DNA of 64,000 nt from Epiperipatus broadwayi (Eukaryota > Animalia > Onychophora), in assembly GCA_028023455.1 (NCBI GenBank), contig JAQFVV010000001.1, forward strand, positions 1,302,001 to 1,366,000. Reading direction: 5' to 3'. A program made the translations under genes and the position numbers. The notes under the pieces were generated by a model, which worked only from the letters and a program-made list of their open reading frames with translations, was not told where the DNA came from and did no database searches. Position 1 is the first letter of the stretch. Every line of letters begins with the position of its first letter. Shown in pieces: positions 1 to 13,037 of the stretch.

Positions 1-101
1 CTGTCAACCTGAATATTCATTTCTTTTTTTAACATATATGCTAGTTTATGTTCGTAATAACAAAATAGGTGCTTGTAATAAATTATAGCCTGAACATAGC
101 A
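1..101 (+). repeat. 3' end of the 5' LTR of Gypsy element A
   Basis: Direct repeat of 5751-5851, followed by a PBS-like sequence. Confidence 0.9.
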
Positions 102-605
102 TATAAATGGCGCAGTTAACAATCGAAGGGAAGACGAAGCGGGTTAAACTTACAAGGAAATAGAAAAGGTGTTACTGGTTAGTTACAAAGGAAGATAGCT
201 ACAACACAGCTAGGTATTTGGAAATTCGATGTTAATAGTTCTTCCGAGTGGCCACTATATATAAAACATTGAATATTACTTCATTGTCAACAAAATCTAA
301 GATGACGTAACGAAAGTGGCCACACTATTACTATTCGGAGACCAGGTGTAACTGAAGTTGCAAACCAGTTATGCAGACCCAAAGAGCCGGAAGGACTACT
401 GTTCTCTGATCTATTTAGGCGGCTGAATAATCATTTTAGCCCGGAGCCACCAAAGCACTTTGCTCTCCTACACTTGTGCAACAGATGCCAAGTAAAGGGG
501 GAAAACTAGAAATTTTAATATTGCTGTAAGGAATTTGGCGTGAAAGTATGCTTATGGAGATTACCTAGAGGAAGCGTTATTCAAACATTTTTTATGGGGG
601 GGTGA

Positions 606-3600
606 GTGATGACAAACTATGTCAAGAATTGTTGCCATCCAAGATTGACATATTTCGAGGCCATCAAAAGAGGGATGACCTACGAACTAGTTCTAAGCAG
701 CTCCAAAGAATTCCAACTAGCTAACCTGGAGGCTACAAAACAAACTTCAATATGTAAAACAAGCAAAACAGGAGAGCTACCAAACTCGAAAACTGAATGA
801 TATCGTTGTGGAAAAATTGGTCACATTGCACGTGAATGCAGCTGGAAAAATGCGGGAGAGTGGGACACTTGGCGAAAGTTTGCCGTACTAAAAGCAAAAC
901 TTCTGGTAATGATAAATCTCTAGGAAACAGATATGCCAAATTGGAACTTTATACTGAAATAAATAAGACAGAGACCAAAAGCAGTCGACAAATAATGTTG
1001 GCAGTAGAGATATGTAACAAAGCTGTAGAAATGGAAATAGACAGTGAGCCGGGGTATCCATATCTCAAAGGGATTGGTCTGAGATAATTAAAACCAGCCA
1101 AAAGTAGTTAAAACAGAGCTCAAGGCAAATGGGAATCTGATTCAAATAACTGGGGTTGTAGAAGTTACGGTAGCCATTAAATCACCAGAAAAAACAGCCT
1201 ATATATTGTCAAGGGCAATATAGCATCCCTATTAGATAGGGAATAGTTTATCCCCTTAGGCATTAAAATCTGTATTGTAAACAAAATTAACACAGAAAGA
1301 GAAATAAAGCTTAAATTCCCTAAACTGTTTGCCAAAGAGCAGGGACGAATCAATATTACAGCTGTGGAAATTGAGCTTTGTGAAGGCGCAAAAGCAGTAC
1401 ACTGCAAGCCTAGAAAAAATACCTTTTGCTATGAAATCATGAGTTGAAGAAGCTTTAGAGGATATGGTAAAGAAAAGCGTATTGACTCTGGTCAAAGACT
1501 CAGAATGGGTTACTCCTATAGTTGTAACAAAAAATGGACAAATCCGAATATACGGGGACTATAGGCTGGCTGTAAACAAAAGTATGGCCAAAAGCCCATA
1601 CCCTGTACCAAATGTGAGAGATATTAGCTGGATTGGAAACCGCAAATTACTTCGCAAAGTTGAATTTAAATACTGCTTTTCATCAGATCCCGGTGACAAA
1701 GGAAACAGTGATGCTCCTTATCATAACAACACATGGGATTGTATGATTATAAATTGTCTACCTTTCGGTGTAAAAATCGCCCCGAACACTTTTCAAGCTA
1801 AAATAGATACGCTGTTAGAGGGAACAATGTCGTATTTTGATGGTATATTGGTAACAGCGGACTCTGAAGCGGCATTACAAATTAAATTAGACAAAGTTTG
1901 CGAAAGGCTAGAAAAGTTTGATGCAAAACTAAATATGCAAAAGTGTATTTGGTATGCTAAAGAGATAAAGTTTTTAGGACATTATATCAAGCACAGGAGT
2001 TAGACCCGATCTGGGTAAAATTAAAGCTATAAAGGCGCCACCCCCCACAAATGTCAAGAAACTGCAGGCTTTTTTTGGATTGGTTAATTTTTTTGAAAGT
2101 TTTCTGAAGAGAAAGACACAGCCATGCTTTTGTACGAGTTACTTTGCAAAAATCAACGATGGTGTTGGAAGGAACTGCAAGAGAATGCTTTTCAGAAAAC
2201 AAAAGCACTGCTTACGTCAAGTCCCAATTGTTAGTACATTACAAGAATAACCTCAATGTAATATTAACAATGCATGCATCCGAATACGGAAATGGGCGGT
2301 ATTCAGTCATCTGTCGCAGAATAGCGAACGCCCAATAGCATACATTTCTAGAATGTTGTCAAAAGCTGAAAAAAATTACAGCCAACTGGACAAGGAGGAT
2401 TGACCTTTATATCAGCGGTTCGAAAATTTCACCAATACATTTACGGCCGATCAATTAAAATAACACCACTGTTCTTTGTTAGGGATATTCGCCAATAAAA
2501 AAGCCACACCTGACCATCTGAGCTCGCGAATGATTCGCTGGTATAAGTTGCTGTCTTCATACGATTACGAATTAGTATATCAGAAAGGTAGTCAAATAAA
2601 GCATGCGGACACTATGTCGCATATCAGATGTAACAGAAAAAACTGACACTGAAGTAGACATTATTTAGATTATAGGAAGCCGGAAATTATAAACAGCAAC
2701 ACTATAGCCAGCTGGACTCAAGAAACAGCCGTAATCTAGATACTCATAAACTGGATTAGGAAAGGATGGCCCAGAAAACGACCCCACTATTTACATGAGT
2801 CTCTATGGAATATGCGCCAACAACTATCAACGTTAAAGGGATGCATAGTAATGCAGATAAAGTATTGGTTCCCCCCGTCGGACGTTCTAAAATATTAGAA
2901 ATGTTACACCAAGGGCATCCAGAGATTGTTTGTGCCAAAGCGCTAGCCCGCATTTATGTGTATTGGCTGGACATGGATACAGAGATAGAGATGTTCATTA
3001 AAAAATATAAATCTTGCCAATCAACCATAAACACACTTCCAAAGAAATTTATATCATGGCCCAAAACTGATAAACCTTGGAGTCGGGTCCACATAGACCA
3101 TGCTGGACAATAAATGGTAAATTAATTTTAGTATTGATAAATACTGGCTCAAAATGGACAGAATATAAGATAGCGAAAAATACTAGTTCAGCAGAACTAT
3201 TCGTATTCTAAGCGTTTCAGACTATGGAACTGCTTTTACTTCTGACGAATTCGAGTCATTTGTGGAAGAATGGAGAATAAATCACATCCATTCTTCGTAT
3301 CACCCGGAATCTAATGGGTTCACAGAAAAGGGCCGTCCAGCATTTGAAACTAGTATTAAATAAAGCCAATCTATCCGAGGTGCTAAACATTGCAATGCTG
3401 CACCAACATATTACGCCAATCATCCACTGGGAAATCACCAGTTGAAATATTGATGGGCAGAAAATTGCGTAAGAAGCTGTCCATTCTGATGCCTGATCAT
3501 GGAAAACCACCAACAATCAAGAAAAATACTTATGCTGCTGGGAATAACAAATGGGTACGCGATACACTATGCAAGACATGGACAGATGGTATAATAACTA

Positions 3601-3686
3601 GGATTATTTCAGATCAAATCATTGAAATACAAACCAAATCAGGGGCAAGCTACTGTCGACACATAAATCATGTCCAAAAAAACTGA
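606..3686 (+). pseudogene. Frameshifted gag-pol of Gypsy element A
   Basis: ORF fragments: KCGRVGHLAKVC (CCHC knuckle), SEWVTPIVV..GQIRIYGDYR and YFDGILV (RT), HASEYG (RNase H DAS-like), PWSRVHIDHAG and YHPESNG (integrase). Many stops and frameshifts. Confidence 0.9.
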
Positions 3687-3954
3687 ACCGAAGTAAACTT
3701 CAACTATAATATGGAAACTTGAGATGAAAATCCAATCGAGAATCATAACGTAGTTAATAAAGACAGCGCAGAAGGCCTCATAGAGTTAGGTGATAAAGCA
3801 GAGGGAGTTTTAAATGAAGTCATGATACAGCATCCCAGATTGAATGCGCAATCAGGAAGAAAATGGGCTTTGCCATAACTGGTTGATAATTGGTAATAAA
3901 CCATCATTAGAATGGCATTCTTAAATCTAACTTTTCAGAGTAAGCATTCAATTA

Positions 3955-5190
3955 TTTTCTTTTATAAAAGAACTGCATTTAAATTTTAACTATGTATATT
4001 TTATTATTATTAAACCGTTTGTTTAATGCCATTTGTAATAACTAAGTAACTATATATTTTTATAAAAGAACTACGCATTTGAATTTTGACTATACATATA
4101 TTTTTTTATTATTATTGATGAACCGTTTTGTCTAATGCCATTTGTAGTAACTAAGTAACAAGATATATTTTTGTAAAAGAACTACGTATTTAAGTTTTGA
4201 CTACACCTGGGTTTCATTTTATGCGGTAGATAGGTTCCTCAGAAAACGTGCACAAAAGAAATCGCACAAAAATAGACTCAACTTACCTTGAAAAATGGGG
4301 GATAGGGGTTGTAATTTTCAGAAATCGCATAAAAAGCAAAGCAAGAAGGAAAAATTACTTTAAAATTCACATTAAAAAAATAAGGAAATAAAATATGACT
4401 AATAAAAAATTTCAAATATTTGGAAAAAAATAATACAAGACAAACTTTTTTTACTTTTTTTATTAACTACAGTATTTAATTTTAGATTTTTTCATACATA
4501 TTTTAATCATTAGCGGTTATTTGGCTATTTGACAATATGCGTTCGTTTGTGAACTGTTAAGAAATCAGATTTGTCATGTGACATACAACTAGTGCCACTT
4601 GCAGTCTTGAGCTGTGTTAATGGTTTTTTGTTTCTATATTAAAAAAATGAGATCATAATCAAAACAAAAAGATTATAGATTATCATTAGGATTATTTTCA
4701 GTTTATAAAATCAATAAAATCTTCGTTATTATTTATTTTAAAAATCTAAAAAATTATTTATTTCTGTTATAATTAACAAAATACGTTTTAAAAGTTTAAA
4801 ATTTTTGAATATTTATTGCGATATTTTTATATGTAAATATAAATCTATTATTGTTATTTACTCATTAGTATAAAGTAGGTTATTTACATAGAAGCTAATA
4901 TTCTAAATACCTCTTCAGACCATATTCACGTTAGCTGCTAATATAAAGTTATATTTTTGAAAAAAAAAAGTATTTCTAGTCAAAATAAGTTATTAATAAT
5001 TTAAATTTCTTGATATCTAATAAATATAGTGAAATATGAAAGATATGAAGAAGAAACATGAATCACGTAACTTCAAAATCGCATTAAAATAATCCGCATA
5101 AAATGAGACCCAGATGTACATATATATTTTATTATTGTTGAACCATTTTGTTTAATGTCATTCATAATAACTAAGTACCAAGATATTTGC
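3955..5190. repeat. Three ~110-120 bp tandem units in the Gypsy A 3' region; the third is split by a MITE
   Basis: The unit TAAAAGAACT(AC)GCATTT...TAATGCCATTTGTAATAACTAAGTAAC recurs at ~3964, ~4062 and ~4174. The third unit resumes at 5119 after the MITE. Confidence 0.85.
4204..5116. mobile_element. TA-flanked MITE (Tc1/mariner-pogo superfamily type)
   Basis: Left end CACCTGGGTTTCATTTTATGCGG and right end CCGCATAAAATGAGACCCAGATG are inverted repeats with 2 mismatches. TA at 4202-4203 and 5117-5118. No ORF. Confidence 0.88.
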
Positions 5191-5203
5191 CACACGGGAA
5201 TTG

Positions 5204-5851
5204 TGTTGTTTATTAAAGAACATTTTGGAAAGTGAACAATAATAGTAGAATACTAAATGATACGGCAATCCAAAAATCTAATTCAATAATTACTAATAAA
5301 TGGAAAAATAGACTAATAAAAGAATATGTGGTACTGTGCTGCATGAATTAAAATACGTGTACATAAGTTTTCTATAGACTTGCTCAGATCGAGCATGATT
5401 TAAACCGAATTGAGCATGCAGCACTGCAAACCGATAAGCATAGGAATGAATATAAATGACCAATAGACTGGAATGTCCACTGGATCCTAATGCTTACAGT
5501 CTGGAAGGGGAACTAGGGCCTGGACTGGCTTTCTTACCCAGTGAATCCCCGTTAAAAGTGCAAAGGAGGGATCTAAGCAAAATTAAAGGCCATTTCGGTC
5601 TATATTGTTTGTTAATACGCCTCAGGCTATAGACAAATATATGGTAAAAATACTTGTGTAAATTTTGTATTATATTTTATTACAATAATTAATTGTAAGT
5701 AATTATTTACTGTAACCTTTTCTAATTTGTCAATAAATAGTTTAACCTGACTGTCATCCTGAGAGTTCATTTCTTTTTTTAACATATATGCTAGTTTATG
5801 TTCCTAATAACAAAATGGCTAGTTGTAATAAATTACAGCCCGAACATAGCA
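5204..5851 (+). repeat. 3' LTR of Gypsy element A (start approximate)
   Basis: The end is fixed by the match to 1-101. The start is inferred from TG after a purine-rich CGGGAA stretch. Confidence 0.7.
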
Positions 5852-6830
5852 GCAGTAAAAACTACCAATGTTCATTAATGTATTTGCTATGTACTGTTTC
5901 TAAATATTTAAGCTTGATGGGTTTTGTGCTGTTCACCACTATAATTTTCATACAAATAACACACACAGGTCTCTCCTCATAATTTACTTCAGTTCTTGTA
6001 AATCCAAAATTTAAATATTAGAATATTTTATTGATTTAATCCTTGGAACGATGCTCTTCTGTAAGTTTACTGGTATACTTCACAATCATCTGATGATCGT
6101 TTGTGCTCACTTAAAAATTTATCTGCTTTATGCTCGAAAATTGCTTATTTTTACTATGTAATTTGAGTTATTGCACCTATCCTCGACATTAGTTCTACAG
6201 AAACTATGACGATGGATAAACACAACTTATATTTATATTACTAGGAGCATATCTAGAATGTTTGCAACAGATCGGAACTTGTTGTGAAAACTTGAGAAAT
6301 ATGGTGGGGTGATAGTGTTGCCAAATGTGCTATAATTTCACTATTCATGTAAATTTTGGCCTTGTTGCCACATATCAGCAGTAAAAGAAAACTAAATATA
6401 GGAAAAAAAATATTAGGGCTCCAAAAAATCATTGGAAGGGGAGTGTACGATTGAAGCTGATATGGAAAGTTGGGCTTCTGGAATTATATTCAGTGATAAA
6501 AGAAATCTAAATAATCTAATATAGATCAATTTATACATTTTTTGCAAGAATTCAACTTTTTTTATGTATTCATTATTTCTGTCGATGGTCTCTTTCTGAA
6601 TTTGTCTCCATATTAGCCTGTTTTTTCAATGCACTGAAAAGATTTAATCTCAGATGCAAAATTTGCAATAGATCTTTGTAAATTAATCCATTGTACAGGC
6701 GTAAACATGCATTTTATATATGTAATATATGCGGGATTCGAACTCAGACTTTCACATGACCCACTACTCTCAGTGCCATCTCATATTGCTGACTCACCTG
6801 ATTGCACACATGTTGAAAAGATAAATAATC

Positions 6831-6874
6831 ACCAATATATGTATTTCATGCTAAAACAGCAATCATCAGTTGGT
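6831..6874 (-). ncRNA. Type I hammerhead ribozyme motif (HH-C), AUA cleavage triplet
   Basis: Minus strand: ACCAA CTGATGA T-TGCT gtttt AGCA-T GAAA TACATATA TTGGT. Stem I is ACCAA/TTGGT, extended by GTAATC/GATTAT after a TAG bulge. Confidence 0.8.
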
Positions 6875-7383
6875 CTAGATTACTATCCTCACACATATAT
6901 ATAATCAGTGCTCAGCTTTATATTAAGATAACCAATCTTCATACTTTAATGGACAGGCTTCAAACTATTCCAACTCACAACTTTTCAGCCTTCCATTTCA
7001 TTGAAAATCTGATGAAGGAAGTTCAAATCCCTTGTTAGTGCCAAGGGTGTCATCCTACCCATGTTGACATATTAGTCATTCTGACCTCTCATGTACAGGA
7101 GAATAATCCATTTATACATATGCGAGGGATGAGCAGACCTTATGTATGTATAAATGGATTATTCTCCTGTACATGAGAGGTCAGAATGACTAATATGTCA
7201 ACATGGGTAGGATGACACCCTTGGCACTAACAAGGGATTTGAACTTCCTTCATCAGATTTTTCAATGAAATGGAAGGCTGAAAAGTTGTGAGTTGGAATA
7301 GTTTGAAGCCTGTCCATTAAAGTATGAAGATTGGCTATCTTAATATAAAGCTGAGCACTGATTATATATATGTGTGAGGATAG

Positions 7384-7427
7384 ACCAACTGATGATTGCT
7401 GGTTTAGTATGAAATACATATATTGGT
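7384..7427 (+). ncRNA. Type I hammerhead ribozyme motif (HH-C), sense to cyclin A, distal stem I deleted
   Basis: ACCAA CTGATGA TTGCT ggttt AGTAT GAAA TACATATA TTGGT. It lacks 8 nt (GTAATCTA) that are present upstream in the mirror arm. Confidence 0.75.
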
Positions 7428-7639
7428 GATTATTTATCTTTTCAACATGTGTGTGATCAGGTGAGTCAGCAATATGAGATGGCACTGAGAGTAGTGGGTC
7501 ATGTGAAAGTCTGAATTCGAATCCCGAATAGATCTGTATATATCTTGGTATGAATTATTTGCATTTATAAAACTTTTTTTTTAATCTACCTTGATTATGT
7601 GAGTTTTCAAATTTCTATATCTTATCAATTTAATTTAAT

Positions 7640-8450
7640 TCCATGAAAGACTTTAGTCAGTGCTTGATAAATTTGGCATAGATGCTATACTTCTAATTTG
7701 ATCAAAGGCTTATACTATAGGCAATTTGCAGTTGTGTTATTAAATGAGGTACAGATTGATCTAGTTATACTAGACAGAAATTACAGACAGTTGTCCACTC
7801 ACCAAATCTCTTTATTGTATATTCAAAGAGAATGTTGGATCTGACTATTGGAAAGCAGAATATATATTGTCAAAGAATCAGTAATATACAATTTTCAAAT
7901 AATCAGTCAATCATTATAAGTTTGGCAAAATCTCTATAGGAAATGGAATCCAAAAACAGCTATGTTAAAAAAAAAATATGAAAAGAACATAATAATTACA
8001 ATGGCAAAATGTGCTCCTATTTTAAATATCAATATAGAGGACACATGTTAGAATAAAGCTGTTTCTAATTGGATCATAATATAATGAGGGATGTTTGTAG
8101 TATGAATGAAATTAGGTTTCTGATTACTATGGTAAAAGCAGCTTTTAGAGAGAAGTATAAATAATATGTATTTAAGGAGAATGATTTTAGGTTTTGGAAA
8201 AATTCTTTTCAGTTCACCTGGAAGCATTAAAAATGTTGTTTATCTAAAGATGTAATAGTTAAAATAAGAGATAGAAAATCCAATATATAAATTATGAAAG
8301 AAAATATAAAAAGTGTTGTTATAACTGTTAGAAGCAGGAGTTGGTTGGGATGCAATTTGAATTTTCTTTTACTAGGTGTTCTTGAGATCACAATGCAGGA
8401 TAAAGTAAGAAGAAGATCGAGATGTTCCTATATTGAATAATTGTGTAGAC
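7640..8450 (+). mobile_element. Highly decayed RTE-like LINE 3' remnant
   Basis: In-frame patches SPNLFIVY (~7800) and EIRFLITMVKAAF (8108-8146) resemble the RT and post-RT regions of RTE elements. Confidence 0.55.
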
Positions 8451-11328
8451 TAACATCAGTAATGTAATGTGGTTTTTTCAGAACCAGTCAGAAGACGGAA
8501 TTACTGTAATAATTTTTATTTTCTCTTACAATTAAATTCATTTGCAAGCCCTTGATTTATTGAATATGATTTTTGCACTGATTTGCTTAGATGTGAAAAT
8601 TTTACTGCCATGTTTCCCTGAAAACAAGACCCAGTCTTATATTAATTTTTCTTTCAAAAGACACTGCAGGACTATTTTTAGGGGGTGTTTTATTTTATCA
8701 TGTACAAAAAAATTACATTTCAAGAATAAAAATTACATTTATTCAAATACTTCACTTTACAGAAAGCTGTAAAATTCTTATTCTAGGAACTCCCACAATT
8801 CTTTTCTTGTACTTGCCAGAATAGCCTTTTGTTTTTGCATTCATCTTATCTAATGATCGGAATATTATTCAGTTTAAATTTACCATTAAATCAAGTGTTA
8901 ATTGAAGATTTTGAGTGGTAACAAAAATAATTACAGTTAAGAATAGTTTGACCACACAAAGTAATAAAAAAAATACAAGCGTAGAAAATGTTTTTTTTAT
9001 TTCACATGTGCACATTAAGTACGTCCATTACAACATACAATAATTCATATATGAACAACCATGTCCATTTATTATCAAGTACGCAAATTGTAAACACTTT
9101 CCAAATTACTTGTAATTACCCTGCTTGGCTATTCTTTTAAAAACTTTTCATTAGGAGAAAAGAATCTCATTTATCTTGAGCTAAAATTTGATAAATAAAT
9201 AAAAAATACTTCCGTTATTTTTAATAAAGTCTTTCAGGAGGAAAAAAAAATGTTTAAGAAATCGATCTAATTTTTTTTTATCTTGAATATTTAAAAGCTA
9301 CTGTGCTGAAATTCTAAAACTAAATCAAGCATTCTAAACCTAAATATTAAATAAAATAAGTGCCAAAAATATATAAATGAAATTATATTACCATTTAATT
9401 TTTAAAGCATTAATATCAAAGTGTTTATTTATACATTTATTACTTTATAATCCAATACGTTCATCACATGTTTCAATGGGAAAACAAAAGCCATCTATTG
9501 AGTTGCTGATTCTAACTAGGGCTTATGTTTGGAATAGGGTTTATATTGTAAGCATTCTCAAAAATCATGCTAGGGCTTCTTTTTTTACTTAGTCTTATTT
9601 TTGGGTTACATGATATTAAATTGCATTTTAAATAGATATCTTTTTTTTTATTATTATTGATTTTGTTTTTGATATAAAAAGAACAATCACTGAGATAATG
9701 ACAGATTAGTACAAGTATCCACACTTAATAGTTTATCTTGAAATATGAAGTCAGTAAAGGGTATATTTCATTTTGTGTTTGCTGCAGAGATATACCAAAT
9801 AAAACCTAATTTATTTATTTTTTTAAAAATAGTGTATGCATTTTAGAGATTTTTGAAATAATGAGAATATTTTTCTTAAATGAACTTTTTTATCAATTAG
9901 AAGAGCTAATTAAATGCATATGGTCGATTTTAAGATCACTTTATATAAAAGAAAATTCTTCTAAATAATTTTAAAGCACTGTTTCAGTAGGTTTTTTTTT
10001 TCTGTTAAAAATTAAATGGTTAGCTAAATATAAATAATGGAAAAGTAAAACTATTGATAGTTTAGAAATTTTAGCACAAGAAGTAAATTTTAACTGTAAT
10101 ATTTATCTTGAGAAAACAGTTTTTGTGAAGAGGAAAAACTGGTTGTTGCTGAAATAATAGATCAAAATTAATATAATATTTTCATTATCACTGATAACTT
10201 TTTTGTATTTTTGTAAAAGATTTATTCTTTTTGTGTATTTGGCTTCCCAACTTATACCTGCATTTCTTGTAATAGTATCTACATACTTTTTTTGTTCTCA
10301 TTTTTAATTTTGTTAAAAAAAAACCCAGACTGTATTTAAATGAGATGAATTAAAGAAATGAAATGAACAGAAAACTAAGCATCATGAATGTGGAGTAATA
10401 ATCAGGTAATTCCAATTAATAGTCAGAATGAATTCTCACACTCTGGAATTCCCTAATTGCTGACTTGGAATTATATTAACAAATCAGCAGCTTATATATA
10501 GAAAAATAGGATTATACCACTATAGGACTAAATCAGAAAATTAAATATCAAATTAAAATAAAATTAAGATGTTATAGCCACTACTTTAAATTATAATTGT
10601 TCTAGAGAAAAAATGTACTCTTATAAAGCAAGTTCTTTTGTTGGTTGAATTTAAGTAAAGAATTTGTTGCAAATGCATTTCTTGCATTACAAAGTAAAGG
10701 AATTAAAAAGAAGACACTGATATAGGCAATAAACTTAAAATATTTAAATTCATTCATTGTTTTAATTGTGAGGTTGAAAATAGTAATAATACCAAGTTGA
10801 TTAATAAAAAGTTTTAAATAGAATGGGGGAGTTTTTTTTTTTTTTAAAAAAAAAATCATTTGGTTTAAACAAAGATTGTTAAACCAGCCAACTCTGATAC
10901 TATTAATATAATAATAAATTAATACATTTCTAGCATAAAAATCTATACAAGTGGAATATGACTTGACCCACCATAAAACATACATGGCAGGATATTGAAA
11001 ATTGCTACATTATTATAACCAAAGGCTCCTGTAATTGTGTATATAATTGTTATTAAGTTAATAATCTTATTGTTAAATAGTATTTATTTAAAATTTTTCA
11101 AAACATTAAATATATATATATATATATTAGCACTTCATAGCATCTTGCCATTAAACAGATAACTAATGAATTATGGTCCTTTTTTAAAGTAATTTTTTTG
11201 TAATAAGATGTCAAAATTTCTCAAGGTTCTGACGAGTGCAAAATTATTTTTCAGCAGTTAAAATTATCACATTAACTATATATATTTAAAAAGTGATATT
11301 CTGCAAGTAATTTTTCATATATATATAG

Positions 11329-11486
11329 AAGGAATTTGAATTCAGAGTTTCAAGCTCCCTACAGCTATCCACTCCATCTTATACAACCAATAGACATGAC
11401 CACATACATGTGAAAAAGATAAATGATCCTCATTATACATATTTCATGTTGAACCAGCACTCATGACTTGATCCAGATCGTTATCT
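11329..11486 (-). mobile_element. HH-C fragment with degenerate hammerhead
   Basis: Aligns to the HH-C arms (TTTGAATTCAGA...GACCACATACATGTGAAAAAGATAAATGATC...CATATTTCATG...CCAGCACTCATGAC). The core reads GTCATGA instead of CTGATGA on the minus strand. Confidence 0.7.
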
Positions 11487-12077
11487 TTGTATTTATAATA
11501 CAGTATATTTATCAAAATCGTTCATTTTTATAAATTTCTTTTTTAATTTTGTCTCTATTTATAATCCTTACACTGACTTTTCTTTAATTCGTAGCAATTA
11601 TTGATAGTTTTTTTTTTTTTTTTCTACAAGCATAATTAAAACAATATAATCATTTTTTTTTACTTAAGATTTAGAAAAACGAACAATTTAAATTGGTTAA
11701 ATTTTTTTTTTTTTTAATGAAATAAAATTTTAATACATGCTTTTGTAACCTTTAAATCTAAATAGAATGTTTTCTCAGCCAATTCTCATTTTAATGCTTT
11801 AAATTGATTCTACTTAAAAATAGATGGATTTATTTGGCTACTTTTTGTATTCATAATGTTATTCAATAATAAAAATTAACTTTTAATTCTTTTGTCCAAA
11901 AAAGATTTTAACATTTGTATAATATTCTAATAATTCTAAGGCAATATGTAACTTACTTGTATTGAATGTTTTATATATGTAAGTAGAGGGATTTGAATTC
12001 TGTATTTTTCAGTCTATTCATCCTCCATCTCAAGCAATCGATACGCATGACCACATATGCAAAAGATATACGATCCA

Positions 12078-12119
12078 CCAATATGCATATTTCGTGCAAA
12101 ACCAGCACTCGTCAGTTGA
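12078..12119 (-). ncRNA. Type I hammerhead ribozyme motif (HH-C)
   Basis: Minus strand: TCAA CTGACGA GTGC tggtttt GCAC GAAA TATGCATA TTGG. Stem II is perfect with a G-C closing pair. Distal stem I is TGATC/GATCG. Confidence 0.8.
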
Positions 12120-12454
12120 GCCAGATCATCATCTCACACATATATACAATCAATGCTCAGTTTATATTAAGATAGCAATTGCTCAAATTTTAATGAACAG
12201 GCTTCAATCTTGTCACTTTTCCATCTATTCAACTGTCCATTTCATTGAAAATCCTGAAGCCCTTATTGGATTTGATATTGTAGTCATACCTATGTAGACA
12301 TTACGTTAATCTAACCCCTTATATTATCGGATTATAATAACAATATCAAATCCAATAAGGGCTTTGAGTGTTCCATTGTTGGGTTTTCAATGAAATGAGC
12401 AGATGAATAATTAATTGGAAGATTGAGAAGATTGAATCCTGTCCATTAAAGTTT

Positions 12455-13037
12455 AAACCACTGAACATCACATGATCACTATTTCTTATGCTTGAACATA
12501 ACTGTTAATAAAAACCGGAAAATCTCCATACAGTAGTGCCACTCAGTGCAAGCCAGAGTAATCAAGGAATGCCAAAAGGCTTGGGTTTAAAATCCCTATC
12601 TAGTGCCTATTCATCCAATATCCCCAGACTAGTCTCTAGCTTGCGGTTTAATACCAATCCTGCCTAATAGGATAGTGGTGGCTATGGTTATTAAAGAACC
12701 AAAAACACCAAAATGTATGGGTGCTGAACTGAGTTCAAATCTATATGACTATATAAGCTAATGAACTTTGAAAATATTTTGTTTTCAATTTTATTCTCAT
12801 AGTTTTGTAATTAAGCAGTGGTAAAAGATGGCTGCTGGAGGGTTGCATTAGATCTTAAGATCTAGGTGCAGTGCTTTCAGATCCAAGGCTCCGCACTGAC
12901 GAAAGCCATAAGCTAGAAACTAGTCTGGGGATATTAGATTGGTAGGCATTAGATAGGAATTTTATGCACAAGCATTCTGGCATCTATTGATTACTCTGGC
13001 TTGTATTGAGTGGCACTACTGTATGGAGAGTTTTGCC
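12455..13037. mobile_element. HH-B hammerhead repeat insertion (antisense fragment plus sense unit)
   Basis: Flanked by the direct repeat ATTAAAGTTT (12445-12454, 13038-13047). Similar to 36686-37297 and 58101-59236. Confidence 0.88.
12890..12931 (+). ncRNA. Type I hammerhead ribozyme motif (HH-B), partly degenerate stems
   Basis: TCCGCA CTGACGA A-AGC cataa GCT-A GAAAC TA GTC TGGGGA. The core is intact; there is one G.G mismatch in stem I. Confidence 0.8.

Larger units (their letters stand above)
1..5851 (+). mobile_element. Decayed Ty3/Gypsy LTR retrotransposon A (5' LTR truncated by the window start)
   Basis: Positions 1-101 match 5751-5851 (11 mismatches in 101 nt) and both end in CA. 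PBS-like TGGCGCAGT at 108-116. Internal gag zinc knuckle, RT, RNase H and integrase fragments are in Gypsy order. Confidence 0.92.
6732..7526. mobile_element. Fold-back (inverted dimer) insertion of hammerhead-bearing repeat family HH-C
   Basis: Arm 6732-7120 is the near-identical reverse complement of 7145-7526, with a 24-nt spacer. Each arm carries an HHR core. The termini read GAGTTCGAATCCCG / GAATTCGAATCCCG (B-box-like). Confidence 0.9.

Noticed and set aside
7009-7040. Second CTGATGA inside HH-C
   Set aside because: No stem II closed by GAAA follows it, so it is not a hammerhead core.
6707-7485. ORFs 6707-6904 (+) and 7198-7485 (-) with near-identical peptides
   Set aside because: They are mirror images produced by the DNA palindrome. 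There is no protein-family resemblance.
8376-8450. Acceptor-like TTTTCTTTTACTAG as a possible upstream cyclin A exon
   Set aside because: All frames stop quickly, and the sequence fits the RTE remnant's 3' region. No upstream cyclin A exon was recognised in 1-15255.
10602-10985. 127-aa minus-strand ORF
   Set aside because: AT-rich, low-complexity translation spanning homopolymer runs, with no recognisable domain or splice support.
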